Assembly (NCBI RefSeq): GCF_006345805.1
Contig: NC_043023.1
Span: 4,836,001-4,900,000 of the forward strand
Direction: 5' to 3'
DNA length: 64,000 bases
Source of the DNA: Octopus sinensis
Taxonomy: Eukaryota
Within the stretch, counting starts at the first letter, position 1. Each line of letters begins with the position of its first letter. A program made the translations under genes and the position numbers. The notes beneath the pieces are model-generated. The model did not search any database. It saw nothing but the letters and a program-made list of their open reading frames with translations, and was not told the origin of the DNA. Positions 50,105 through 63,672 of this stretch are shown piece by piece.

Positions 50105-51560
50105 CACTTGATTTTCTATGAACAGTCTCCCATGCCAAATTAGGAAGGGCAGGACACATAAGAGGTGCAGCAATGTCAAAGGTAGGCTAACTGGGAAGAT
50201 AGTTTTTGTATGTGGCAGATGCTCGGGAGCATCAACCTCCGAAAATCTGCAGAAAACAACTTCCGTCACTTTCCAGGGGGAAAAACTAGAAGTAGTTGAT
50301 AGCTTCCTTTATCTAGGTGACCAAGTCAGTAGTGGGGGTGGGTGTGCTGAAAGTGTAACTGCTAGAATAAGAATAGCCTGGGCAAAGTTTAGGGAGCTCT
50401 TACCTCTGCTGGTGACTAAAGGCCTCTCGCTCAGAGTAAAAGGCAGACTGTATGATGCATGTGTACGAACAGCCATGCTACATGGCAGTGAAACATGGGC
50501 CGTGACTGCTGAGGACATGCGTAAGCTCGTGAGGAATGAAGCCAGTATGCTCCGATGGATGTGTAATGTCAGTGTACATACTCGACAGAGCGTTAGTATC
50601 TTGAGAGAAATGTTGTACCTAAGAAGCATCAGTTGTGGTGTGCAAGAGAGACGATTGCGCTGGTATGGTCATGTGGCGAGAATGGATGAAGATAGGTGTG
50701 TGAGAAAGTGCCAATCCCTAGCAGTTGAGGGAACCCGTGGAAGAGGTAGACCCAGGAAAACCTGGGACGAGGTGGTGAAGCACGACCTTCGAACTTTAGG
50801 CCTCACTGAGGAAATGACCAGCGACCGAGACCTTTGGAAATATGCTGTACGTGAGAAGACCAGGCAGGACAAGTGAGCCCAGCCCACTTATGAATGCCTT
50901 TCCTCCCATGGACACAAAGACCTGTTGAGGCAAGCGAAGTCAATATAGAACCTCATCCGACGACAGGCACCCATGCAACCCCCTTTGCTTGCGAAGACAT
51001 GTTGGGGCAAGCGAAAGCGAAATCGAAATCGAATTGAACCAGCCAGGATCCCTGGTCTGGTGGTACGAAAAAGCACTATCCGACTCGTGGCCGATGCCAG
51101 CGCCGCCTCCACTGGCTTCCGTGCCGGTGGCACATAAAATACACCAATCTGACCATAAACAGGCACCCATGCCAACCCCCTTTGCTTGCGAAGACATGTT
51201 GGGGCAATCGAAATCGAATTGAACCAGCCAGGATCCCTGGTCTGGTGGTACGTAAAAAGCACTATCCGACTCGTGGCCAATGCCAGCGCCGCCTCGACTG
51301 GCTTCCGTGCCAGTGGCACATAAAATACACCAATCCGACCGTGGCCATTGCCAGCCTCGCCTGGCACCTGTGCAGGTGGCACGTAAAAAGGACCCACTAC
51401 ACTCACGGAGTGGTTGGCGTTAGGAAGGGCATCCAGCTGTAGAAACACTGCCAGATCAGACTGGAGCCTGGTGCAGCCTTCTGGCTTCCCAGATCCCCGG
51501 TCGAACCGTCCAACCCATGCTAGCATGGAGAACGGACGTTAAACGATGATGATGATGATC
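50105..51560 (+). mobile_element. 5'-truncated RTE LINE: 3' part of the ORF plus full modular 3' UTR
   Basis: ORF 50118-50876 includes FLYLG, RLRWYGHVARM and RGRGRPRKTW. The 3' UTR has an about 190-bp tandem duplication and a (GAT)n tail. Confidence 0.92.
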
Positions 51561-54498
51561 CAGCTGTAGAAACATTGCCAAATCAGACTGGGCCTGGTGC
51601 AGCCTCCTGGTTTCCCAGACGTTAAACGATGATGACAACGACGACGACTGTACTTTATCAACCCCAGAAACATGAAAGGCAAAGTTGACTTAGTAGAATG
51701 GAAACTCAGAATGTAAAGTGCTGGAACAAATATTGCTCTGATCCTCTTTCAATTCTGCCAGTCCACTGCCCTTCAAATTTTGACATAAGGCCCGCAATTT
51801 TAGGGACGTTGGGTTAGTTGATCACGTTGACTCCATTGCTTGGCTGTTACTTTATTTTATCAATCCTGAAAGGATGAAAAGCTTAGTTGACATCAGTGAA
51901 ATTTTGAGCTTAGAATGTAAAGATCTGGAAGAGATGCCACAAGGCATTTTGTCTGACATGCTCAGTCTGACCTAAGCACCGAGTCTCAAGTTTAGCAAGA
52001 GAGACTGACAAATGGCCGTGTACCAATGTAGCCAATGTCTGAGATGAACGATGCTCATCATTCTGGTGTATAGAAAACAAGAAAAAGTTACTGCTGAGTT
52101 CAAGAGAAAGAGTTTGGTTGCAAAATTGTGAGAATATTTCTACGGAATAAGACGAGCAGGGGAAGAAGGCCAAACAATAAAATAGATGAAATATTGTAAA
52201 TATAACAACCAAGATCATCATCATCATCATCATCGTTTAACGTCCGTTTTCCATGCTAGCACGGGTTGGGCGGTTCAACCGGGGTTTGGGAAGCCAGAAG
52301 GCTGCATCAGGCTCCAGTCTGATTTGGCATGGTTTCTACAGCTAGATGCCCTTCCTAACACCAACCACTCCATGAGTGTAGTGGGTGCTTTTTACATGCC
52401 ACCGGCACAAGTGCCAGGGGAGGCTGGCAGCGGCCACAATCGGTTGGTGCTTTTTACGTGCCATGGGGATAACATTTATTTCTCTTCCACACCCAAATGT
52501 ATTTACTTACCACACAGCCACTCCGACGCCTATGCAAAATGAAAAACCAAAAATTTGTGGGTGCATAATTTAAGGCCTATTTAGCTACTATTTTTAGCAC
52601 ATTTCACAATCATCTCATACTTAAGCATTTAATAAGTGGGAAATGACCATGTGAGTAAGAAGCTTGGCTTGTAACTATGGAAACAGGCACCTATATGTCT
52701 GTGGCTTTCAATTGGCTAAAGTTATCTAAAACTTGCAAGTTTTAAAAGCTATTAACTCTTTATTTATTGATTTATGGTGAAAATGAATTTCACCATAAAA
52801 CTACCCCACAACACAAAATATGAAATCATTTGGAACAAAAATTGAAGAAATTGAAAAGTGGCAGCCAAACACAAGAAACGCACAGAGTCAAATAAGATAT
52901 GTAGAGCAGAAAAACAAGAATTGTAGTCAGCAAATGTTTAAACCTTGAAACATTGAGACTACTCTGTCAAGTGTGACATTTATCCACATTGTTTTGAAGT
53001 AATCATAAATTATCTTATAGCTCTGAGATTTTGATGATGTGATTGCTTATTTTTAGAATGACATTGTAGGGTTGATGTGAAAAGCCAGATCTGACCAGTT
53101 TAATCATAAAGCAGGTAGAATATTTTGGCCAATTTAAATACTAAAGGGTTGAACAATGTACAATAAAAAGTAATTTGAATGCATATGAAAATATCAACAG
53201 CTTGGTTTGTAACTATGGAAACAGGCACCTATATGTATTATTTTGTAGTCTCAAGATATTGATAACGTGATTATTTTTTTAGAATGACATTGTAGGGTAG
53301 GTATGACAGGCTGGATCTGGCTAGTTTGAATATAAAACTGGGCAGAATATTTGGGATGGATATGACTGGAGGATTATATAGAAAAGTTATGGCACAGTTG
53401 TTGGAAATTTTAAATACATGATTTAGTATGAATAGTAGATCTTAATGAAACACACTTATATGATGGACTTCTTTCAGTTTCCTTCTCCTTGAGGCTTTGG
53501 TCAGCCCGAGTCTGTAGTAGAAGACACTTTCCCAAGGTGCCATCCAGTGAGACTGAACCGGGAATCATGTAGTTAAGAAACAAGCTTCTTACCACATCCA
53601 TGCCTGTGCCTTCATTATCATCATTTAATGTCTACTTTCCATGCTGGTATGGGTTGGATGGTTTGGCCAGGGCTGGTAAGTTGAGGAACTGCACCAGATT
53701 CCAGTCTGATTTAGTGTGGTTTCTACAGCTGGATGTCCTTCCGAATGCCAACCATTCCAAGAATGTGTTGGGTGCTTTTATGTGACACCAGTATCGACCA
53801 CATTGCCTTTGTGAGGCCCAACACTCAAATGGTACTTTTTACGGGACACCAGCATCGGTCGTGAACTATGATTTCATTTGGCTTGGTGAGTCTTCTCAAG
53901 CACAGCATAGCACCTAAGATCTCGGTCACTAGTCATTGCCTCAGAGGTTCAACATTCGAAGACCATGCTTCATCACCTCATCTCGTCATCCTGTGTCTAC
54001 TTCTACCACAGTTTCCCTCCACAGTTAGAGATTGGCACTTCTTTATACAGTTGTCCTGATCCATATACATATTCACATGGAGGCATAATGGTGGTTAGGG
54101 CAGTGGACTCGCAGTCAGAGGATCGTGGTTTCAATTCCCAGACCAGGTGTTGTGTGTGTTTATTGAGCGAAAACACCTAAAGCTCCATGAGGCTCCGGTA
54201 GGGGGTGGTAGCAACCCCTGTTGTACTTTTTCGCCCCAACTTTCACTCTTCATGTTTCTTGAGTAACGCTGTGATGGACTGGCGTCCCGTCCAGCTGAGG
54301 GGAACACATACGCCACAGAAACCGGGAAACCGGGCCCATTAACCTGGCTGGGCTTAGAAAGGGCGCATAAATAAAAAAAAATATACATATTCACACAATT
54401 TCAAAATTTTATTGGTCACAACCTTTTAACTGTTGCAGTAATTGGCTCTGCTGGAGAATTCTTTTAATTATTAGTATTTGTAATTTTCCATTTTCCAG

Positions 54499-54787
54499 GA
54501 GCTGGGACGGTGAATATAGCTTCGTCCCAAAGATCAAAACTACAAGAGTCTCATCGAGCAAGGTGCGCATGGACAACATCCACAGCAGTGATGCGAAAGA
54601 TGGAGATGGTGGTGGTGATGATGATGATGATAAGAAATTCAGCAAAATGAATGAGGAATTGGATGATGACAAAAATACTGACAATGTGTTGCTTGGTAAC
54701 AGTGACAATGATGATGGTGATGATGACCATCACCACAATGTGGAGGATGATGATGATGATGTCATACTGGCTTCAGATACAGAGTAA
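54499..54787 (+). CDS. TMA16: TMA16 exon 7 (terminal), with Asp-rich tail
   Basis: TTTTCCAG acceptor. Encodes (K)SWDGEYSFVPKIKTTRV...DDDDDVILASDTE*. Total CDS 717 nt = 238 aa + stop. Confidence 0.93.
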
Positions 54788-55182
54788 GAAAGGATAAGGG
54801 TGTGGGTAATGGTATGAGGTCGACAAGGGTGATTGATGAATTGGCTGTACTGGAAGAGCTAAACCTGGCTCTGAAAGCCATGGCTTCTTTTTTGAATGAT
54901 TGCAAGTGTCTAAAGTGTATGTGTGTGTATATATGTATACTACATGTGCATACACATACGGTTATATGTATGTATATGTATATTTATGTGAGTGAATATA
55001 TAGATATTTATATATTTATAAATATATGGAGACAATTATGTGGATAAGCATGATTGAATGCTAATGCTTTTGATTTCAATTAAAGGCAGGAAAGGACCTC
55101 AGAATGTGGGTGTTTCTGATGGTAAGAAGGAAGAAAGGGATGAATATCTGTTGTTTTAATACAGTTCTATATTTAAGAGATG

Positions 55183-55327
55183 AGGAATTATTTACATTTG
55201 ATGGATATTTGTCCTCATTTTGTTTGTTATTAAGACACCTGATGAAGGCTGGAGGGTGTATCAGCTGAAATGTGTTAACAACAAACAAGATGAGGACAAA
55301 TATTCACCAAATGTAAATAATGTACCT
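55183..55327 (+). other. Hammerhead-like core enclosed in a long inverted repeat
   Basis: GACAC-CTGATGA (55239-55245)-AGGCTG..CAGCT-GAAA-TGTGTT, flanked by ATATTTGTCCTCATTTTGTTTGTT / AACAAACAAGATGAGGACAAATAT. Confidence 0.55.
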
Positions 55328-55331
55328 ATTA

Positions 55332-55897
55332 TTGGGTTGTCCGGAAAGTTCATGCCGATTTTTAAAGGAAAGATAAAGGTCAATAAATACTTGCTATTAC
55401 ATTTTTAATCAACCAAATATGAACCATTTTGTTGCACAATGCATCTCCATCCTTCCTTTAACTTGAAAATACCCTCTTCCCAGAATTGAGGTGGTTTCAT
55501 GGCAAAGAATTCATCAAGGTATCTTTTTACGTCATCCAAGGAATTGAAAGTTTTACCATTAAGACTATTCTGCAGGGACCTGAATAAGTGGAAATCCAAA
55601 GGAGCACTATCTGGTGAATATGGAGGGTGGGGTAACACATCCCAGCCGAGCTGCAGCAATTTTTGTCTGGTTCCCAAAGCATCAAGTGCCGAAAATGAAC
55701 TTTCTTATCTTCCATTTTAAAGGGTTACAGAATTAACACAGATTATAGGAACATAAACCTTCTTTCACGAAAAGATAGCTTAAACTGTGCTCTAAATGGA
55801 GGTGTAGTCAAATCCTATTTTATGGACTCCACCATGTTCTAAAATAAGTCGAAAGGTAAGCTACTATAAATCGGCATGAATTTTCTGGACAACCCAA
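55332..55897 (-). mobile_element. 566-bp internally deleted mariner
   Basis: TIR TTGGGTTGTCCGGAAAGTTCATGCCGATTT with TA TSD. Transposase start MEDKKVHFRHLMLW is fused to the C-terminus LPHPPYSPDSAPLDFHLFRSL. Confidence 0.92.
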
Positions 55898-58811
55898 TAT
55901 TTTGATAAGAAGATATAATTCATCTACATCATAAGGAAAAAGGATTTAATTAAATGTCTTGTTATAAAGACATTAAGAATTAATCCTAAAAGGTTGAAGT
56001 TAATAATTATTAAAAATAATGAAGAGATGATTAATGAAACCCTTGCTAATTTATAAAACTTATAAACGGATTCACCAGTTATTTGTCTCCACTTTAGTTC
56101 AATAAGCAAACATCAACTCCTTTTGAAAAAGAAAAAGAAGCAAAATATTGGCCAACAACAGTTGGTGTGTTTGAGGAGTTTATTAAGTTTGACTTCTTCC
56201 AAATCCAACAAAAACTGGGACGTTTCTAATGTTTCACACGGAAATTCCTGCAAACAAATTTCATCATCATCATCATCATCTTATAGTCACTTGTGTATAT
56301 ATTTAATTACTCTATACTTGTATGTATAGAGTGTGTGTATGTGTGTTTACAGTATGAATATATGTGTAAGTCTGTGTAGATGAATCTGTATATTTATGTA
56401 TATATGTATGTATACATTTACTGTATAACTATTCATATATATATATATACACACATATGGATGGGCATATATGTACATGCATGTGTATATAATATTGATT
56501 GAATAAATACAAACAAAGCCTTCAATAGTTGGATTACTTTCTCCATTCTTATTGATATTATTTTTCCCCTCTAATACTGTATTGATGACAATCATTTTAT
56601 TATTTAGACCCAGGTCAGTCCTTAGTGGTCAGAGTGTTGGATTCATGATTGTAAGATTGTGGTTTCAATTTCCGGACCGGGCAACACATTGTGTTCTTGA
56701 GCAAAACATTTCATTTCACATTGCTCCAGTCCACTCAAATGGCAAAAATGAGTATTCTTGCAAATGGACCAGCATCCGATCAAGGCAGGAAATTATATTA
56801 TATATATATTTTCCTGGCACAGAATCTAGGAAACTGACCTTATCAGCCTATGGCTCAGATGAGACCTTTGATCTAGTGGAGATGTGTAGCTTAGTGGTTA
56901 TGGTGTTGGACTCATGATCGTAAGATTGTGGTTTCAATTCCTCCACAAAGTAAGGTGTTGTGTTCTTGAGCCAAACTTTTTCATGTTGCTCAAGTCCACT
57001 CAGCTGGCAAAAACAAGTCATCCTCCAGTGGACCGGCGTCCTGCCCAGGTGGGTAATATACACCATGAAACTGGGAAACTGGCTCTTATGAGTTGGAAAT
57101 GATTAAAAAAAAGTAGCTTCACTTTCTCTTTTTAGGTCAGTCCTTATGTAGCATGATCATATTCCAGCCATGGTCATCCCATCTTTTATTCAGAGATAAT
57201 GTATCTAGATGCAACAACAAAATGAGCCCCTGAAGGAACATTGATATGGTCCCTCTACCTGCCTAAAATAATAACTCTCCGATTACTTGTGACTATCTTA
57301 AACAAAAGAACACAGGCGCAGGAGTGGCTGTGTGGTAAGTAGCTTGTTTACCAACCACTTGGTTCCGGGTTCAGTCCCACTGTGTGGCACAACCAATGCT
57401 TTGTGAGTGGATTTGGTATACGGAAACTGAAAGAAGCTTGTCGTATATATGTATATATATATATGCGTGTTTGTGTGTCTGTGTTTGTCCCCCTAGCATT
57501 GCTTGACAACCGATGCTGGTGTGTTTATGTCCCCGTTACTTAGCGGTTCGGCAAAAGAGACTGATAGAATAAGTACTGGGCTTACAAAAGAATAAGTCCC
57601 GGGGTCGAGTTGCTCGATTAAAGGCGGTGCTCCAGCACGGCAGCAGTCACATGACTGAAACAAGTAAAAGTAAAAGAGAAAGAGAGAGATAATGTAAACC
57701 TAGATATTCTGCACTATTTCAAAAGATTTTTAGCCTTAATGCAGGTATGCAAGTAATCTATTTGTTACTAAATGTTAATATAAAATATCTTTACATTTTT
57801 TAAGTTACGAAACAACATGTTGTGATATTTGAATTTTAAGGAGTTTTTTTATGAGTACTATCAGATTACATAAATTTATATATATATATAATAGGCGCAG
57901 GAGTGGCTGTGTGGTAAGTAACTTGCTTACCAACCACATGGTTCTGGGTTCAGTCCCACTGCGTGGCACCTTGGGCAAGTGTCCTCTACTATAACCTCAG
58001 GCCGACCAAAGCCTTGTGAGTGGATTTGGTAGATGGAAACTGAAAGAAGCCCGTCGTATATATGTATATATATTATGTGCGTGTGTCTGTGTTTGTCCCC
58101 CTAGCATTGCTTGACACTTAGCGGTTCGGCAAAAGAGACCGATAGAATAAGTACTGGGCTTACAAAGAATAAGTCTCGGGGTCGATTTGCTCGATTAAAA
58201 GCGGTGCTCCGGCATGGCCACAGTCAAATGACTGAAACAAGTAAAAAAGTAAAGAGTATATATATGTAATCCTTTCAATATGCAGCTTCTTGGATGACCA
58301 CCAAACACCCTTCATCTGTCTAAAAGCACATTAGATCTGGCCTTTGCACATTTCTTTTATATATATATATATATATAAGTGCAGGAGTGGCTGTGTGGTA
58401 AGTAGCTTGCTTACCAACCACATGGTTCCGGGTTCAGTCCCACTGCATGGCACCTTGGGCAAGTGTCTTCATCAAATTTAGAAAACTATCTCATTAAGCT
58501 TTATGAGACAAATGCAAAAAACAAAAAGAACAACTAAAAAGAAAATTCTAGTCCTTACAGCATAAATAATATGATGACTTGTAGGGACGCAGTCTTTTGT
58601 TATACAGCCATAACACACTATAAAGTATTCTTTTGCTTGTTTCAGTCATTTGACTGTGGCCATGCCGGAGCACCACCTTTAGTATATTAAACATTTTTAT
58701 AAGTCAATACCATGTTCTGTTGTATTAGCAATGCGATTACATCACTTGTTATGGTTATGTTTACATAAATAATATTCAATACTGGAAACAAACAAAACTA
58801 TTACAATTATT

Positions 58812-59150
58812 ACATTCGACAGATATTTGTCCTCATCTTGTTTGTTGTTAACAAAACGTTTCGGCTGATATACCCTCCAGCCTTCTTCGGGTGTCTTGGG
58901 GGAAATTTCGAACTTGGGTCCTCATTCCTAAGGTATTTTTCGATGATATTATTATTATTGTTGTTATTGTTCAGGTCACTGCCTGGAATTGAACTTGGAA
59001 TCTTGGGGTTAGTAGCCCGCGCTCTTAACCACTACGCCATATGCCTGTAGGGTATATCAACCAAAACGTATTAACAATAAACAAGCTGAGGACAAATATC
59101 CGTAGAATGTAAATAATGTACATAATTCTTCATCTCTTAAATATAGAACT
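58812..59150 (-). mobile_element. Second copy of the hammerhead-bearing repeat family, with a nested tRNA-derived insert
   Basis: Minus strand GACAC-CCGAAGA-AGGCTG-GAGGGTATAT-CAGCC-GAAAC-GTT. Inverted repeat 58812-58870 vs about 59050-59110. Confidence 0.6.
58974..59045 (-). pseudogene. tRNA-derived sequence (short SINE or tRNA pseudogene)
   Basis: A-box TGGCGTAGTGG and B-box-like GTTCAATTCC, followed by an (ATA)n tail. Stems are mismatched, so it is not called a functional tRNA. Confidence 0.6.
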
Positions 59151-59796
59151 CTATTACAATTGTTGAAAGAATTAAGGATAGTAGTGATAGTTTAATAGTT
59201 AACACTGGTGGCACCAAATTTCAACAACAAAATACTTCTAGGCACTACAACAAAAACGATTGCAGTTATATTATGTTCTGTTTGACCATAATGATGTTAA
59301 TAAAGCCATGAGGTGACTGAAAAGAAAAAAGGTCTCTAATGTAAAGCATGAGTTTGTATTATAATTTTGAATAAAAATTAAAACATATAACACTAAACAT
59401 AATAGTAATAATAATAACAACAACAATAATTATAATGTTAATATCCCAGTAATTGTAGCTAATATTATGAGGAAATAAGATAATATGAATGAGGTTAGTA
59501 GCCATTACCATTGTAAGGCAGGATGTGCAAATAATAACCAAATTACTTTTGATCTCATGAAAATAAGTTCAGAAATAAAAATAGATTACATATGCATATT
59601 TTGTGACTCAACACCACCACCCTAGTTTAAATGTTGCTTCAGATGTGGCTAGAAAGGTTTTCCAATCTTCAGATAAACACTTCTCTTGACAGCCAGCTCA
59701 TCATCAAATTTTCAATAGACACATGGTCAAACTAGTTTACTCCACAATGCCAAATATTGCTAAATATATAGCATAATTTAAATGTGATAGTGTAAA

Positions 59797-62700
59797 AGGT
59801 AGTGGGTAGCGAACTTCTTCACTACTTCAGGGAGTGACGACCCTGCCTGACACAAGTTCCGGGCTCAGCTGGCTCCGGCTGACAGTACCCGGTATGGGCC
59901 CCTATCCAGGGTTACGGAAAGGAGACAACCTTCAAAGAAATCCGGAGTGGAGTCCCGTAAGTGGTTTAGTGTTCGACTCGACACTCTTCCGGCAGCTCCT
60001 GCAACCAAGCTGGTGCCAAACGTAATGCTCTGGACTCCTTTGGACTACATCAGCAAGGTCGAGAGAGGAATCCTGACGATTGGGCTACCCAGGACTTTCT
60101 TATTTCTAGCCCAGGCCTGCGCAAAACTGGAGAGGACACTTCAGTGCTGCTGTAAAAAGCGGCAGAAAAAACACAGGAGGTAACAGTCACGAGTGATAAG
60201 TCCATTCAGATTGGCGTAAAATATGGGCGCTACGGGTTACCTCTGACGGTGGGAGGGACCTCCGTGTCCTATTGGTTAGCTACTGCCCACCTCAAGCTGG
60301 GCAGCCCCCAGTTAATAAGGTGCTGACCCGCCACAGGCCACCTGCTTCATTGGGTGCTTGGAGCTAAGAGCTTGACTTGAAAAGCGGCCTGCAACCTCTG
60401 CACCAGGCAAACAACTAAAAGACAAGAAACCACCAGCCCTGCGGTTGGCAAGCTGGAATGTCGACCATGTGCCCTGGAATATCTGATGATCTACTCAGGG
60501 TTGAAGACACAAGAAAAACGGCCATCATTGTCCGTGAACTAAAGAGGCTTAACATAGACATTGCTGGGCTACAGGAGACAAGACTTCCCTCAAACAGCAA
60601 AGAACAGGATTTCACCTTCTTTTGGCAGGGAAGTGATCCTGAAGAACCTCGTCAGCATGGTGTTGGCTTTGCAGTGAGAAACTCATTACTCTCCTCAATA
60701 GAACCACCATCAGGAGGCACTGAGCGTATCCTCTCACTGCACCTCTCGACTTCTTCTGGCTCAGTACATCTACTGAGCATCTATGCTCCCACTCTCTACA
60801 GCTCAGAGGAGACCAAGGACCAGTTCTACAAAGATCTCGACTGTGTCATAAAAAATATACCAACAAATGAAAACATCTACCTTCTAGGGGATTTTAACGC
60901 TCGTGTGGGCTCTGACCATGATTCGTGGCCCATTTGTGTTGGACACTTTGGTATTGGCAACATGAATGACAATGGTCAGAGACTACTCGAATTCTGCACA
61001 TACCACAACCTGTGCATCACAAACACATTCTTTACCAACAAGCCATCCCACAAGGCATCTTGGATACATCCAAGATCTCACCACTGGCATCAGCTGGATC
61101 TCATCATTACACGGAGATCCTTCCTGAATTCTACTCTATTGACCTGCAGGGACCACAGTGTGGATTGTGACACAGACCACTCACTAATTAGAAGTAGGGT
61201 GAGGATTCTGCCTAAAAAAGTCCATCGCTCCAAGAAAGTGGGCCGACCACGCATTAACACTGCCAGAACCTCGAACCCTACACTGCGAAAATGTTTTGCT
61301 GCTTCTATCAAGGTTGTCCTCAGTAGCTGCCCAACCTCCTCTGCTGAAAGTAGGTGGAATTATATCGGGGAAGCTTTGTATACCACATCAATAGATACTT
61401 TCGGCATGAGAGAAAGGCAAAACCCAGATTGGTTCAATGCTGGGCTCTCAGAGCTGGAGCCAGTTATCGAAGCAAAGCGTGCAGCTCTGATGCAATACAA
61501 GAGTGATTCTTCTACAAAGTCACTCAAAGAATTCAGGCAAGAAATAAAACCCAACTGACAGCCAGACGCTGTGCAAATAGGTATTGGCAGGAAATCTCTC
61601 AGAGTATCCAGTCAGCTGCTGACAGTGGCGACACCCATGGTATGTATGCTGCTTTGAAGAAGGCCCTCGGTACATCCGCAACCAAGTCAGCCCCACTGAA
61701 ATCAACTACTGGGGATCTCATCAGGGATCGAAGCAAGCAAATGGATAGATGGGTGGAGCACTACCAGGATCTCTACTCACGGGAGGCTGCAATCGAGAGT
61801 GTCAAGATCTTGCCAGTCATGTGTGAACTTGACAGTCCACCATCTATAGCAGAGCTCACCAAGGCTATCGACTCCCTAGCAAGAAACAAGGCTCCGGGAA
61901 AAGACGGCATCCCCTCAGAGATCATCAAAGCTGGCAAAAACACCATCCTGCTTCGGCACCTTCATGAGCTTCTGTGTCAGTGCTGGGAAGAAGGTACAGT
62001 CCCTCAGGATATGCGGGATGCTAACATCATTACGCTTTACAAAAACAAAAACAAAAAAAACAAGGGTGACCGTGGTGATTGTAACAATTACCGTGGAATA
62101 TCTCTTCTAAGCACTGTTAGAAAGACCTTTGCTCGCGTTATCCTGGCCAGGCTACAACTACTTGCTTCTCGAATTTATCCAGAATCGCAGTGTGGCTTTA
62201 GAAGAAGCAGATCAACTATTGACATGATATTCTCCATACGCCAACTTCAGGAGAAGTCCAGAGAGCAGAAAATGCCATTATATATGGCCTTCATTGATCT
62301 GACAAAGGCCTTTGACTCAGTAAGTAGAAAAGGCCTCTTCATCCTGCTCCAAAATATCAGATGTCCACCAAAGCTGCTGAGGATCATCAAGTCTTTCCAT
62401 GATGATATTGCAAGGCACCATACAGCACAATGGTTCAACATCAGTTGCCTTCCAAATAAAAAACCAGGTAAAGCAAGGTTGTGTCCTCACTCCTACATTA
62501 TTTGGCATTTTCTTCTCGCTCTTGCTCTCACATGCCTTCCAGACATCAGATGATGGAGTGTTTCTGCACAGTAGAAGTGACGGGAAACTGTTCAATCTCT
62601 CGCGCCTTCGTGCCAAGACCAAAATCAGAAACGTCCTGATCAAGGAGATGCTATTTGCTGATGATGCCGCTCTGGTATCACACACAGAAGAAGCCCTCCA

Positions 62701-63672
62701 AAGGCTCATCAACTGTTTTGAGCAAGCATGTAACGACTTTGGCTTAGCTATCAGCCTCAAGAAGATCAACATCATGGGTCAGGCTACATTGGACATCCCA
62801 AACATACATATTGGAGACCACAGATTACAGGAGGTGGGGAAGTTTACCTATCTTGGCTCTACTGTCACCTACAACCTATCCCTTGATGCTGAGCTCAATA
62901 TACGCATTGGCAAGGCAGCTGCTGCGATGGCCCAACTCTCCAAACGGGCATGGGACAACAATAAGCTGACCAAGACCACGAAATTGAAGATCTACCAGGC
63001 ATGTGTACTTAGCACTCTACTGTATGGAAGTGAGACTTGGACGCCATACACACGCCAAGAACGTCGCCTAAACATCTTTCACCTGCGCTGCCTCTGGAAA
63101 ATCCTTCGCATCAAATGGCAGAATCATGTCCCCAACAAAGATGTCCTCAAGCAAGCAGGAATACCAAGCATGTTTGCACTCCTCACACAAAGACGTATGA
63201 GATGGCTTGGACATGTTAGCCATATGAAAGATGGCAGAATCCCCCAAGGACATACTCTACAGATAGCTTGCTAGGGGTACTAGGTCTGTGGGAAGACCGT
63301 TCTTACGTTACAAGGATGTTTGCAAAAGGGACATGAAGGTCTGCAACATCAATATTACCAACTGGGAAGCAGTTGCCAGCAACCGTGGAGATTGGCAACG
63401 TACCGTAAAAGAGGGAACACAAAGGCATGACAGAGAGAGAGAGAGGAGAAATGGAAAGACAAGAAAAGACGTCAACAAGAAACTATGGCATTACAACCAG
63501 CCAGGAACAGTCTTCGCTACATTTGCGGTACCTGCCAGAGGGAGTGTTTGTCCTGGATAGGACTACACAGCCACAGCAGGAAATGTATCAGGACATGAAA
63601 TGGAAAAGCCGGACTAGATTATTTTATGCGCAACTCCATTGTCTCCCGAGACAAAAAGGATGCCAACCAACC
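59797..63672 (+). mobile_element. Near full-length RTE (BovB-like) LINE with frameshifts
   Basis: APE endonuclease (LASWNV, LQET, LGDFNARVG, DHSL) in 60458-61558. RT (APGKDG, NYRGISLL, QCGFR, FIDLTKAFD, KQGCVL, LFADD) in 61642-63274. (CCAA)n tail; candidate TSD AGTGTAAA at 59789-59796 / 63673-63680. Confidence 0.95.

Noticed and set aside
60134-60291. HDV-like pseudoknot in the RTE 5' region (GGACAC/GTGTCC and GGTGGG/CCCACC pairings)
   Set aside because: Only 10-11 nt are available for P3/L3, there is no UCC-type L3 and no C-(G/U)-A-A J4/2. Six-bp matches can be chance.
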